Below, piece after piece: positions 13,780 to 27,024 of a stretch of DNA of 64,000 nt (positions are counted from its first letter, which is position 1; each line of letters starts with the position of its first letter). The DNA is from Basidiobolus meristosporus CBS 931.73 (lineage: Eukaryota > Fungi > Basidiobolomycota). A program made the translations under genes and the position numbers. The stretch covers positions 1-64,000 of the forward strand of contig MCFE01000348.1 in NCBI GenBank assembly GCA_002104905.1. The letters run 5' to 3'. The notes under the pieces are model-generated. The model was not told the origin of the DNA and did no database searches. It saw only the letters and a program-made list of their open reading frames with translations.

Positions 13780-16700
13780 CTATGCTTGAATAACCTAAGT
13801 TGATTCCCTGCAACTAGTGCTCTCAACTGGGTGTTGTCAAGCTCAGATATGTAATAACTTCCATTTCCAATTACCTTGGAAATGAGGTAGGGGCCAGTCC
13901 ATTTGTTGTCTAACTTCCAACTCCATTATTTGTCCAAGGTGGAATCATAGTGTAATACTGGGTCTCTCAGTGATAGTGGCTTAGGTCTTGTTGAGTGTGA
14001 ATTGCCAAAGGGCACTTTGTTTTTCAGCCATGTATCCTTAAGTTGTTCTGCAGCTCTGTTGATTTTTAGGCCATGGTGGTCAAGTTGCTGTATACAAGTG
14101 GTTAGGATGTCATTAGTCTGTATTTTAGATTTCCAACCCAATGCGTTCCAAGTGACTGTGTCTAACTCAACTGGTAGTATGCAGTCATGTCCATAGAGTA
14201 GCTTAAATAGCAATAATCCAGTTGTTCTCTTGGTAGTAATTTTATCTGCCCAGAGTGCAAGATGTAATTACTGTGGCCACAGGGTTGCATTATTATCACA
14301 GATCTTGAGAAGTGAGTTTAACAGTGGTCCTTGTCCTCACTCTACCATTCCATTGGCTTATGGATGGTAAGCTGTAGTAAAAGCAACTTGTATCTTTTAC
14401 TTTGAGCACAATTCCTGGATCATTTGGGATATCATCTCTCCTGTGTCAGCAGCAAACTGTTGGATGCAGCCAGACCTGCAGATAATGTCTTCAAATATAA
14501 ATCTCCATAGTGTATGGCACTTGTTGTTTGGCTCATGCCTCTGCCCATCCACTAAGGACATCTCTAGCAACAATCAGGTACTTCATTGATGCAGCTGTGG
14601 GCATGTGGACAAGGTCAATACCAACCTTTTGCCATAGTCAGATTGTGTAAGTAGGATGCAGTGGTTCTTCACAACACTTACAGGATCTCTTCTGGCAGGC
14701 TGCACATGACTCAACAAAGTGTTTGATATCATATTACATGTTTTCCCAGTAGTACCTCTGAGCTGTGGTAGTGTAGGTGGCTTCTTGTCCTCTATGTCCT
14801 CCTGGCTCTCCTTGGTGGATACCTGTCATGATGCTCAGTTGATCTTGTGGTAATTCTTTCTTGGTCTTTGATAGCAATCTGTTGCATATCTGCATCAATT
14901 ATATCATCAAAGCCAGGGTCCAAGTCTTCAAATAATTGTGGTCCCTTCCTGGAGAGTGTATCAGCCACTACATTTGTCTTGCCGGGGATATGTCTGACCT
15001 CAAAGTCAAGCATTTTCAGCCATCCCATTCATTGGTTTGTGGCAATATCAGGTTGGTCAGGCTTGTTGATCATTCCTATATGTGGCCTGGCATCTGTCTC
15101 CAGGATGAAATGTCTCATGTAGAGTTGTGACTTAAGCTTCCTCAGAATCTTCACAATTACTAGTAGCTCTCTCTTAATCTGTGAGTATATTTGTTCTCTA
15201 GGAGAGAGTAGGCAGCTTTCCTATCTGCAGGCATAGCAGTTGCCATCCTATCATCTTGGCCAAGTAGTGCCCCAGCTCCTATAGGGCTTGCATCCACTGT
15301 CAAAATAGGTGGGCAGTCAGCGTTCTGATAGTCAAGAGGTCTTAGAACTGGGGAGATACTAAGGACTCTTTTAATAATTACATGACTTCTTCTTGCTCTT
15401 CACCCCAGATAAATGGGGTATTCTTTTTCTGCAGTTGGTAGATTGGTTCTGCTGTCTCAGAAAATCTTGGGATCCAGATCCTAAAGAACCCACAAGCTGC
15501 CACAAAGGCACATGCTATGTTAGATTTGTGGGGGTAGGCCAGTTGCATATTTTTTGTGTCTTGGAGTCTCCAGGTGAACAATTAAAGGTGTTGCATCTTT
15601 GTCCAACAATGGATATCTCTGATACACCAAAGCTGCTCTTCTCACCACTGATGCTGAGTCCAGATTCTTCAATGGCTCCCAATATGGCATCATTGTCTGA
15701 AATAAGGTCATAGACAAACTTTCCTACTCCAGGTATAACTTCAGTGGTGTCCTGGATTCTTGGTACTTTGATGCCTATGTCATTAACAAAAACAGCACGC
15801 TTCTCAGGTATAAACTAGTACAGCACATTCACCATGCATCTCTGGAACTGAGTCACAGAGTTTGTAGCCCCTTGGCTGAGTCTTATCATCCTTAACAGTC
15901 CACATGGTGTCTGGAGTTCAAACATATCTCTTGATGTCTCACCAAGGGGGATCTGGTCATATCCTGAGTAGAGATTGTATGTTGAGTAGATGGAGTGGCC
16001 ACCAAAGCTTTCTGCAAAGTCATCAATAGATGGAGGTATAGAAGCATCTCTGATAGTGACAGCATTTGCAGGTTGCATGTCTTGAATGAATTGGAGCTTC
16101 ACATTTTTCTCTTTGGTCACAAACCATCTGTTAGCATAAGGTCCAGGGCAAGGTTCTAGGATAACAGCTTTTATCTTCTTCTTAAGTAGGTCATGGACCT
16201 CAGCCTGAAGTCTTCTGGGCAGTGCGTAAGGCTTAAATGACCAGGGTGTGTGGGGCACTGTAGGAATCTTGATAGGTTTTTCAGCAATGTCTTTAAGAGC
16301 ACCATCTCCCTGTCATCATATGAGAAAACCTTATCATGTATTTTCAGAGTTTCTTCAAATAACAAGATCTCCTCTGGTGTTAGGTTTCCATTGCCAATCA
16401 TAATTTGCTTAAGTCTCTCCAGTGTGAGTTGTGTATCTTCTGGTGTTTCTTTTGGTGGCCTGATTTAATCAGCAGGTCAGGATTCATCAGTCAAAGGTGT
16501 AACTGATGGTCTAATCTTCTGTTCTACTGTCCTGTATTTTGTTTGATCCGTAGCCATCTGCGCCTGAATACCTAATAAGCAGCTCCAAATGTTGGGGTGT
16601 ATATTGTCAGGCTCCTCATTTTCTTCCATAACAAGATGGGTCTTCTGGCAAGTAGGGTGTGTCCTCTTATTGTTGGGTGTTATACCACAGAATGGTGACT

Positions 16701-17870
16701 GTAGCCCAGGGTTTGATCCTTGTATAGTGTACCGCACTGACCCAATGGAATATTTGGTAGTTGTAGCCTTAGTACTGGTCACCCATGGTCTGCCTAGCAG
16801 AAGGTCAAAGTTTGCTTTCCAGCAGATAAAGAAGGGAAGCCAGACCTTGATTCCTTGCACCTCAATAGGGAACTTGATCACTGCACCACAGAGTGGACTA
16901 AATCCTGAGTTTGCACTAGTCATGTTTCATCAATTATCTCTATCAACAGGCAGTAGCTCCTTGCTTCTAAGTGTCTTCCAGAAGTCTAGCAGCATAAGAC
17001 TAATCTCTGAACCACTGTCAATATAGCAGTCAACAGGGTCATGATATATATACCCTTTCACCACAGCAGTTGCCACTGAGTAAAAGGCCTTATATTCAGT
17101 AGTGTAGTGATTCTTTTGGTGGTCTTCATGGTTTGTCTGAATTATATGGGTGTCCATATGCTCAATGTCTGGGCAAAGATCTATGGCTCTCAGTAGCTAC
17201 TTCAGCTGAGCCATTAATCTTGAGAGCTAGCTTTTGTAGCTGTTCAGCAAGTTGGTCAATTCTGTCAGTAGTGTTAGTCTGATTGTCACCAACAGCACTC
17301 CTTGGTTCCTTGATTGCCTTTTCTAGCAGATTAGGCTTCAGAAGTCTCTTGAAGGTGGAAGTCTACTTTCCCTCTAGGAGAGCACATTTCATCTCTGCAA
17401 AGCATGGAATGCCAGACTTGTCATCCTTTGCTGCATGTAAGTCAACTTTGCTTGCCAAGTCCTGGGGAAGAACTTGTGCAAGGCAAAGTGTCATGGTAAA
17501 CTCAGTTATAGCCTGGGACTGTAGAAGTGGCTTGGCCAAATCTTCATAAATGAACTCTTCAAGTGGTAGCTTGGAAAGTACAGTCCTTGCAAAGTGTCTG
17601 AGGTCTTCAATTCCATAGTATATCTGGGGTCTACAATACTTGGTCTGTAGATAGGTCTTCATTATGGCCCAGTAAGTGAGAATGTCTCTTTGTCTGAGAA
17701 GCTTAGTGGTAATATCACAAGTGCAGTAGTAGGGGAAGTCTTCAGCCATTTCATGTTCAGATAGGCTGCACATCTTGCAGAGCTTCTCCCATTTGAATAT
17801 GAAACTTTCCACATTCTTTCCATCAAACTGTGGGGCTCCATGTGAGAGTGGTAATGGCACAGAGTTCATT
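13780..17870 (-). pseudogene. Decayed gag-pol of the Lys-primed Gypsy
   Basis: gag 'GAPQFDGKNVESF'; protease 'YIDSGSEISL' and 'DLLLGRPW'; RT 'RWFVTKEKN...AVTIRDA...SGYDQ...QGATNSV'; RNase H end 'NVVADTLSR'; integrase fragments. Many stops and frameshifts. Confidence 0.9.
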
Positions 17871-17986
17871 TTGGGTAGGTAGGTTGGTGTTGTAATCTTA
17901 ATAATATTGAAATCTCTTTTCAATAAGTGGATAATGGCTTGAGTCTTCAGGTAAATCTTGTGGGGTCCTATGGAGCTTGTATGAAC

Positions 17987-18004
17987 CCCCCATGTTGGGT
18001 GCCA
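17987..18004 (-). promoter_or_regulatory. Primer-binding site TGGCACCCAACATGGGGG (CpG-decayed tRNA-Lys(CUU) PBS)
   Basis: Differs from the canonical TGGCGCCCAACGTGGGGC at two CpG positions and the last base; 4 nt from the 5' LTR. Confidence 0.85.
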
Positions 18005-18599
18005 AGTATGTGGTGGTGTATAAGTCCAAGGGAGAGATATGTCCAACACTTCTCAAGTGTTTTGTGTGTGGGGTGTTCACTGGGTGCAATAACCTCTGGT
18101 AAAAGCTTGCTAGGAATTCTTGGGTTCTGTCTCTAATATAATATGATGGGGAATAAAGCCACAAGCTTGTCAAGGGAAAACTATTGAGCTACAATCCCAA
18201 ACTTGGTTGGCATCTTAACAAAAGTATGTGCTGGGTTCAGCATCCTTTGAGATGACAATGTACCAAAGCTTCCAAAGTCAAAACAACTCCAAGCCCCACC
18301 AGCAGGGACTTGATAAGAATGCAGCTGTCGTCAACCCCTATGAGAATAATTTGGTCCTGCAGGTGGATCTGATCCAGATCATCCGTCAAGATCCTGTTTA
18401 GAGACTATCATAATAACAGCAGCTTAGAATTAGTGACCCTCCTGATAATCTTAGAACAAGATCATGATGGTGTTTTGCAAATTTTACAGCCAAATAAAGG
18501 GATAAAACTTGGCAATTTTTGATTGGTGCTGTGACAATATTTGTATGGTATTGTTGCAGTCTTTCAGTGCTCTATTACTATTTTAAGTGCATCCAGTAG

Positions 18600-21500
18600 G
18601 CCAGGACTTTCCATTGCCTTATATGGCAAGAGGCTTGACGGTATTTTGACGGCATTACAGCAAGACTCTGATGGCATTTTTTTGGCAGTTTGCCAGCCTA
18701 CCGCTGGTTCTGTAAAATACTTCCGTACCAATTTACCAAATGGTATTTCCTTTTTCTACCTCCCCTTGTGCAGTTCATATATTCCACTGTAGAATCACCT
18801 TTCTTAATTTGCGTACCCACTACTACCTTAGGTATTCCGCATATAGTTCAAATCAAAAAAAACTATTGCCTCCAGCTTACTAACCTCTACAAACGCACAC
18901 ACCTGCCGCAATTGACATACTTCTATCACCTCAACTTTACAGCTTTTTAGTGTGATACTTGCAAAGTTGCCATATACCTTGTACTGCTGGTAGCATATAG
19001 ATCTTGCAAACATATGCTTGATTGTTGCCACTTCTGCCATGAATACCTCCTGAATATTGGCAAAGAACTTCTTAGTATTTAGCCAGTATATTCCTTCTGC
19101 CTGCTGGATTATAGTCCCCCTTATAGGTGCACTCTGGCTTTTGTTTGTGTGGATTCTGTGTTGAATAGTGTAGAAGTTGGATTGTGACCACAAGAAATCC
19201 AGCATATCTTGGTGGAGTTTTCCTGATAAAAATTAGTTGCTTGTTGCACCCAGCCCAACTTTGCATTACTTAGCTGATTACCTACACATTGGGGCTGCTT
19301 AGCTTCTTCATTCCAAAGGCATAGGTGTCTGCATGTGCACATTTGTCCTTGGTATATTCCAACTCTTTCTGGCTGTCCTCCATATGCCAACTCATCACTT
19401 CCATGACAGACTTTAAGGTAATATATCTGATAGGATTGGGATATGGTATTACCTGCAACTTGACTTGTCTTCCTATCTCCCCACACATCCACTCCATAGG
19501 AAACTTGCAAAAGGTGAAGCAAGGCCCAATATTCTCCACACACCATGCAAGATGGAGTAGAGACTGAATACAATAGTGGCAGAGATTTATGTGTTCCGCT
19601 TTATGTTTGTACCATAGCTGCTCTGTTGTATCCAAGAGAAAGTGTAATAAAACTCTTGAATGGTTTAACTGAACCAAAGGGACAATTAAGTGCAGAATCT
19701 TAGAATTGTCAGAGAGTGGCGGAAATATTAGCAGAAAGATTCTGATCTAATATTGGTCTTGGATATAGCTGGGTTGGCTATAAAGGCAATGATATTTGTT
19801 TGCTAGGCAGGCTAGGCTTGGTGTTCTTTGGAGTGCTAGATATACTAGGCTTGGATAGAAACTAGAACGGAATTGTTGGATTCTTATTTGTGCTGATACA
19901 GAATCTTAATTTTGTTGAGACAAACACTAAACCAAAAGGCTCAGTACACTTTATTTATACTTTTCTGATCAAGTTGAATTAGTAAGTGCCAAGGGACTGG
20001 ATTGATTGAAATCAATTTGGGTGTTCATAGGTGCATAAGATAAATGAAAATTACATCATCAATCAACTGATGTCTTGGCAACTACACAGTGGTTGGATGG
20101 ATCTCAGATGACTAATCACCTGGGAAGGCTTGGCAGATAGGTTAATAACGTGATGACCATTTGAAAATAGATCAGGTGTGATAGCTAAAAATAGATTCAG
20201 AGGTGGGATCAAATAAACTGTAACTGGGATTTGTTATGTTTGGGTTAGGGAAAATCAGTTAGGGTACTAGATTTTCAAACGGAGTAAAATTGGCAAAGTT
20301 TTAAATGTTGATGCACAACATGCTCAAATCCCATCACAAACTCCTCACACAACTGCTGTAGATGCGTCAAGTTAGCATTGGTGATCTGCTTCTGGAAAAT
20401 ATTCCTACAATATCCACATATGACTCCCAATGCTTCCAATGTACTCTTGGTAGGAATGGCCTCAGAACACCACTTGAATAAACACATATCCAGCTCATTC
20501 AGTCTTTGCATTTGTATTGTTGCATATCTGTATGAATATTGATTGGAGCCTGTGAGAAGTACTTAGGGTAGCAGATACTCTGTAATATCTTGCCAATTTT
20601 TTCAAATTTCTCCAGTATCTCAAAGTGCTCATTTAGCTTGAAATGCCCCATGTACAACTTGGTCATCAGTATAGACATTTTGTTAAAAAGCAAATGCATT
20701 GCTCCCAGTGGAAAGCCTTTGATCCAACAGAGACCCTCTTTCTTAAGTATCTCTGGTTTCCAATTGATTCCATATTCCAGCCAATGGCTTGTAACTTGCC
20801 AACTTTGCTGCTATTGCATGCTTACTTCTGTATGTTTTCTCTGTGGAAAGATGATGTTCTTAGTGCTGGTGTTTGGGTAATAATAATGTGTGTGGGTTAT
20901 GGAGTAAATCCCCTGGATCTCACACACTTGAGAACAATACCGTCCATTGCACCCGGAAAACCTGCTATCTAGCTGATGGCTGGGATATCTGCAATGTAGA
21001 TAGTAATTTGAGCTTTTACATGATGGCCATTTACTGTTATCCTGCTGGAAAGCATACAAAATGCATCCAGCAATGGATGCAGGTAGCTATCCAGGTTGGA
21101 CGGTGACTTAGGCCCAGATACCAGTGAGACTACCATCAGATTATTGCTCTGATACCGTAAGATGGGTGGCAGATTCAGATTCATGAGAATCAGTGGCCAG
21201 CAGGACTTGCTGGTAGAGTACTTGTTTAATGAGAATCCATCAAGTACTAAAGCAAAGGCATGGTCATACATACCTTCAAAGTAGTCCTTGCTTCTTAGCT
21301 GTTTGTAATGCTTGCCATCAAATATATTGGATATGTTTGCGCTTGATTGATACTAAGTGCAGTACTGTATAGCTTTGTAATATTTGTTGGACTGCATCAG
21401 CCTCCTCAGACAGTCTATGACTAGAATATATCCGGAGTGTGATCAATGTTTTCCCTCAATGGTGGTGGATTCTTAACAATTTGGACACATTGCAATGGTG

Positions 21501-22310
21501 GCATTTTTGGATATGAATGCCATGCAACTGTTAACACAAGCTGGAATCAAGACAGTCTCTGGATCATATGTTGCCAGCCACATGATGGTTGTCCACTTGT
21601 GCCATGTACATGGTAAGTTGCATCCTGGTATGACTTTAGTACAAAGTAGTAATACATCCTCAGAGCCCCCATTACGGATATTAGTGGAAACGCTCCACTT
21701 TTCTATCCACAGCATTATATCATTCACCAGTAGATGGACTGCTGGGCTCACTTGGCTCCATAAAGTATACTTGGTGTTTGTTTCAACAGGTGTTGTCTCA
21801 TTGCATATAGGGATCTGAGCGGGCTCATAAGTGGTACTGTTGTTGGGGGAGATAGGCTCAAAATTCATCAGTGAACCTTCTTTGTTGGAGCTATCACTCT
21901 GCATGCTATATTGAGATAGCCAAGGTGAGCCTAAAGGCATCACAAACTCACGTGACTCAGCTTTTGCAAGGTGACAAAGATGGCCAGGTGCTAATATCAA
22001 AATATCAGCAGGTTGGCAAGATAATGATGGTACAGTAGTAACCAATGAATGTTGAAATATGACTTGGGTGGCAAAACACTGGCTGTGGTCCTTGTATTAC
22101 GTCCTATGCTCTCTGTGTGCTTCATGGCTGAGAGGCTTGCCACAATAGCCACATGGTCTTTTTTCTCTACTCCTATGATGTTGGGTCAAGCAGTCTTTTC
22201 CATGGGGCAAACAACTTGACCTTCAACAACTTAATGCAATTATATCACTTCTTGGTCAATACACATGTGAACATAAGACAGTCTTGTATTTGAGACTTTG
22301 CACCTACATG
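18600..22310 (-). pseudogene. EnSpm/CACTA (Tnp2 / Transposase_21-like) transposase, disrupted
   Basis: 'CVNSCMAF...CPNC', 'LVLDGFSL...CWPLILMNLNLPP..RY...N..V.L..GPK.P..LDSYL.PL' and 'SLLHLAWCVENIGP...FPMEWMCG' are motifs typical of this family. The start is uncertain (about 22200-22310). Confidence 0.88.
19624..20320. mobile_element. Solo LTR (697 bp) inside CACTA copy A
   Basis: TGTTGT...ACAACA termini and a 5-bp TSD TGCTC. The site is empty in copy B (about 27560) and in the fragment at about 1020. Confidence 0.88.
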
Positions 22311-22424
22311 AATGTAAGATTCAATGCTGACCTGCCATAGTAAGCATTATAAATAAAGTTGTGGCACCACATACACATGTATATGTAACACTTTTTCCCT
22401 TTGGTCTGACTCACTTCAATATAT

Positions 22425-24483
22425 ATGCCACCAAAAAATAAAGCAAAGTTGTCTGGTTCTCAACCAAACCCCACCGCTGATGGCAACAGAACAAAAGTTG
22501 GACAACAGCTTGCTTTGACATTCAGTGCCACAAGTGGGGCTACATCCAAAAAAGGCCCTGTGGACCATGTGCCCATTGAAGGTAATAATGCGGACTCCTC
22601 AGGCTCTGAGTCAAGTAGGCAATTGAGAACCTCTGCGGAGCCACAAGTTGACTGTTATGCTCAGGCAGATGAGAATGTAGCAAATGCAATACCCTCTGTT
22701 GAAGATCAGCAAGAGAACATAATAGCATCACCACCACTCATATTAGCAAATATGTTGTCAGCTCATACCAAAGCATTAATGAAGCAATTAGGTGCAGTGG
22801 CTGATAGGATAGATGCAATGGACCAGAGAAATTAGGAAGTAGTCCAGAAACAGGATGAGCAGATAATACATGTAGAGCAATCAATATCGCAGGTAGAGAA
22901 AGCGGTATCTTTGCTGTAAAGAAGGAACTCAAGTAGCTCAATGTCACAGCCAAGAATTGAGCCATTTTTCAATGTATCAGCAGAGGAACATTGTACAGCC
23001 TTTGAAGCACAACAACTTTGCCCAAAGATAAAGCCTGCAGAAAAACCTATCACAGCATGGGAGGGACACAATGTAGTGTTTATACCAAAGCCTAAAAATT
23101 AAAAGACATTGAAGATCTGTGAAGCCATTGAGTGCAATAATGAAGAGTGGGCTAATATACCAGAGGCCGTCAGAAGTCTAGCATGTCATCACCTTAAGGC
23201 TGCATACCATGGGACCATCAGGAACTCAAAGCCAAATAGAATGCATTTGACTTGTTTCATGAGCAGCATCCTGGATTCAAATGGGCAGATGGTTTTTGGG
23301 CCAGTAGTCGTATGCTAAGAAAGTGTCTTAAGAATAGCAGAAACTATCAAAGGCAGAGGAACAAGGGAGCCATGGCTAAAAACCAGCAGCTTCCTCAAGA
23401 ACCCATTACAAGCAGGGCCAAAAGCTCCAGACAAGCATTGAGAGACATCAGGCAGCTGGAAGAATGCCAATTAAGGACAAGCAGGTAGACATGAATGTAC
23501 CAGCACAACATTTATGAAGAAAAAAGCGTAGTACCACTCAAGAAGCACCCAGTGAAAGTAGCAGTGAAGGACCTAGCAGTGATAAAAACCAGCTGGTTTT
23601 ACAGGAGCCTGTCACTACTACAGTTGAGAGCTCATAACAAGCTGAAAAGAAACATCAGGTTGCCAGAAGAGTGCCAGCAAGGAACAAGCAGGTCAGAACA
23701 GATGTGTCAGAGCAGAATTTATTCAGGAGAAAATGTAGTTCTTTACAAGAAGCACTCAGACAAAGTAGCAGTGAAAGACCTGGCAGTGATAAAGGAAAAG
23801 GTACAGGGAAAAATGTCTACCCAGGCCTGAGACAGGGAGGCATCCAAAGAAAACTGCAGTTCTGGCCAATTAATGCTGCAAGCCAGGAACAGACTGAATC
23901 CCATCATAGCCAAGGAGAAGTACCAACAAGAATACAGCTGTTATCACAGGAGTTGGAAGTGCAGCCAGTTGAGCAACACTCCAGCAAGGTAGATGAGTTT
24001 GCTGAAAAAGGCAACTTGTCTACCACAGCCTCCATTGTTTACAGAGTAGAGATTCCACTGACAGACAATGCTACAACATCAGGAGCTTGAAAGACTATCA
24101 CAATGCCTTCAGTGGAGTTTTGGAACATTAATAGACACACCAAGAGGTTGCAGCACTTCTTCAAGAGCATTGCTCAAGAATACACACTGGAATATTGCAA
24201 GGATTTATTGCACAGACTGGCAGATGAGGAGCTAGACCTTGCAGTGCCAGCTGAAGACCAGGACATGTGGGAGCTAGTGAATGTACAGTCGCATAAAGCC
24301 GTTGGGTTCCTGCCAAAGTTGTGGAACCAGAGTGTTACAGCAGAAATACTTATTGAATGGTGGATTATAATGGAGCTACTTGTTGAGTGTGGTGTTGGGC
24401 TTAAAGTTAGTTTAGGGTATAAAGACTTGTACAGGTCAATACAATTGGCAATTGAGACACAACTGAAGTTTCAACCAAAATAA
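22425..24483 (+). pseudogene. CACTA-family ORF2 (accessory protein of unknown function, originally about 680 codons)
   Basis: Chain of ORFs 22425, 23109, 23252, 23671 and 24103, paralleled by 42714-44770 with different stops. Divergent from the transposase. Confidence 0.75.
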
Positions 24484-26290
24484 ATCAATTTGTATGCATG
24501 AAAAGTAAGAGAATTGGTTGAATTTGGAAGTACGGTGTGTGAAAAAGAGGCAATAGCCAATCAATTCACACAAATGTAGGAGGCAATAGAGTGTCTGGGA
24601 TCAGAAAGTGAACAAATTGGCAGGGATCATATCAAAAGCCACTTATACATTGTAGTGATGAAAAATTTTGACAAAGTTTTTTGTGAAATCTGGAGTGCAA
24701 TTATTTTTCAACGGTCTCTGGACAGTGTCCCAACAAGATTAGTGCCTCTTAGTCACAAGACATTAACTTTGTGACAGCCTTTTGATGGGATCATCTCAAT
24801 AATATCTCATATGGAACAATTACAAAGACCTCAAGTATCTTTGCCTGTATAAGAACAAACTTAGGAAAGAATCAAATATAATAGAAAATACCTACCCTGA
24901 GTATTCCTGACAAGTAGTACCTCCAAGATCAGTTGGCTGTCAGTGCAGTTTCCTGGGGGTGTACTGTGGTCTGGAGTTGAAGGATCAGGTAGCAGCAGGT
25001 AGCAGTGATCACATTAGTGAACAAGTTGGTATATTGATAAAAGGGAAGATGATTTATTGCTGAGGGATAGCCTCCCTTATATACATTCCTTACTGACTAA
25101 GTGATTACTAATCATGGAGTTCCAGAAGGTTCTGGATATCAATAGAAATCTTAATGACATCAGAATGACCTAAGAATGCTCTAAGTAGGTGCCAGAAGGC
25201 TCAAGGAGGCACAGCACATCCAACCAATCAGGAATCAGTACTCTGAAACCTGTGTAACATAAGGATACCATATATGGTATGGAAATGGTAGGGAGGGTGA
25301 CAGAGGTTGATCATGTGTCACACGTACTGGTGTGGGTACTTGCCTAATATAGAAGCACATACTGCTAGTAATCTTACATAAAGTGGTGGATAACTTATGC
25401 AATAAGGTAAGCAGGTATAATAGTCAACTGGCTTATGGGATAGTACTGATTAGGTAAGACAAATGGAATAAAACTAAAATAAGTGTAGTAGAGAAATAGG
25501 GAAGTAGAAAATATGGGAATGAGAAAATCTGTCAGTGGGTGTTACTGTGACCCCACTACACTGTGGGTGGATCCAATCCAGATCAGCTGTCAGGATCCCA
25601 TTAAGAGACCATTATTATACCAGCAGCTTGGAATTATTGATCCTCCTAACAATTGTATGATGGGATTATGATGGTGTTTTGCTAACTTTACAACAAAATA
25701 AATGGATAAAACTTGACAATATTTTATTGGTGATGTGGCAATATTTGCATGGTATTATTGAGGTCTTTCAGCGCTCTATAACTATTTTAAGTGGATCCAA
25801 TTGGCCAGGACATCCAATAGCCTTATATGACAAAAAGCTTGACGGTATTTTGATGGCCTCACTGCAAAATTCTGATGGCATTATATAGGCAATATGACAG
25901 TCTACTGCCAGTTCTGCATAATGCCACACTACCAGTTCTCCAAATGGTATTTCCTTTTTCTACCTCCCCTTTTGCAATTCATATATTCCACTGTAGAATT
26001 ACCCGTCTTTATTTGCTTAGCCACTACTACCTTGGGTATTCCACATATGGTATGAATCAAAAGAACTATGGCCTCCTGCTTACTAACCTTTACAAACATG
26101 CACACCTGCTGCAATTGACATACATCTATCACCTCAACTTTACGGCTCTTTAGTGAGATACTTGCAAAGTTGCAGTATACTTTGTACTGCTGGTAACATA
26201 TACATCTTGCAAACTTATGCTTGGTTGTCCCCACTGCTGCCCTGAATACCACCTGAATATCTGCAAAGAATGTCTGGGTATTTGGCCAAT

Positions 26291-27024
26291 AGACTTGTTC
26301 CATTGGATAGTGCCACATTGAGCCATGAGTGCCCAATGATGCCATAGTGTGCCAGGGAGGCCAAGTGAGCCTATACTTGGCCACAGAGTGTGCAGCATAG
26401 CTCTGCATCTTCATGCAAAGCAGCCCCTGTGTTTCACCCATTGTGTTAGAGAAAATCCATATTTTGACTTTTTTTTGTGGAGCAATGTTGTGCAGGATGT
26501 GTAAGAGCACAAAAGGATGGAAGATATGCATCTGGTACTCAATACCCATGGTACTCTGACTCTAGCTCTTATGGCTTGTAACATACCACAGAAATGCATG
26601 GCACTATCTTGGTCCACTGGTACTGTCTGGCACTATAAGTGCTTTGTATTGATCTTACTTTAGGGCTAACAATTAAATATAGTGCCAGATAGTACCAGTG
26701 GACCAAGATAGTGCCATGCATTTCTGTGACATGTTACAAGCCATAAGAGCTAGAGTCAGAGTACCATGGGTATTGAGTACCAGATGCATATCTTCCATCC
26801 TTTTGTGCTCTTACACATCCTGCACAACATTGCTCCACAAAAAAATGTCAAAATGTGGATTTTCTCCTGCATCATAGGTGAAACACAGGGGCTACTTTGC
26901 ATGAAGATGCAGGGCTATGTTTCACACTCTGTGGCCAAATGTAGATTTACCTGGCCTCTCTGGCACACTATGGCATCATTGGGCACTCATGGCTCAATGT
27001 GGCACTCTCCAACAAAGCAAGTCT
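26291..27024. mobile_element. Foldback MITE, copy 2
   Basis: 347-bp inverted arms (26291-26637, 26678-27024), 40-bp spacer, TSD AAT/AAT. The empty site is at about 19083 in copy A. Confidence 0.95.

Larger units (their letters stand above)
18336..24814. mobile_element. CACTA/EnSpm-type element copy A, complete
   Basis: Short TIRs CCCTATGAGA / TCTCATATGG; exact 3-bp TSD AAC; removing it restores the LTR sequence seen at 12970 and 49040. Confidence 0.93.
12648..25560 (-). mobile_element. Ty3/Gypsy LTR retrotransposon, tRNA-Lys primed, about 1.07-kb LTRs
   Basis: 3' LTR 12648-13718 and split 5' LTR 18009-18335 + 24818-25560; TGTAGTGG...CCACTACA termini; 4-bp TSD CTGC/CTGT; PPT and PBS present; decayed gag-pol on minus. 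Confidence 0.93.
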
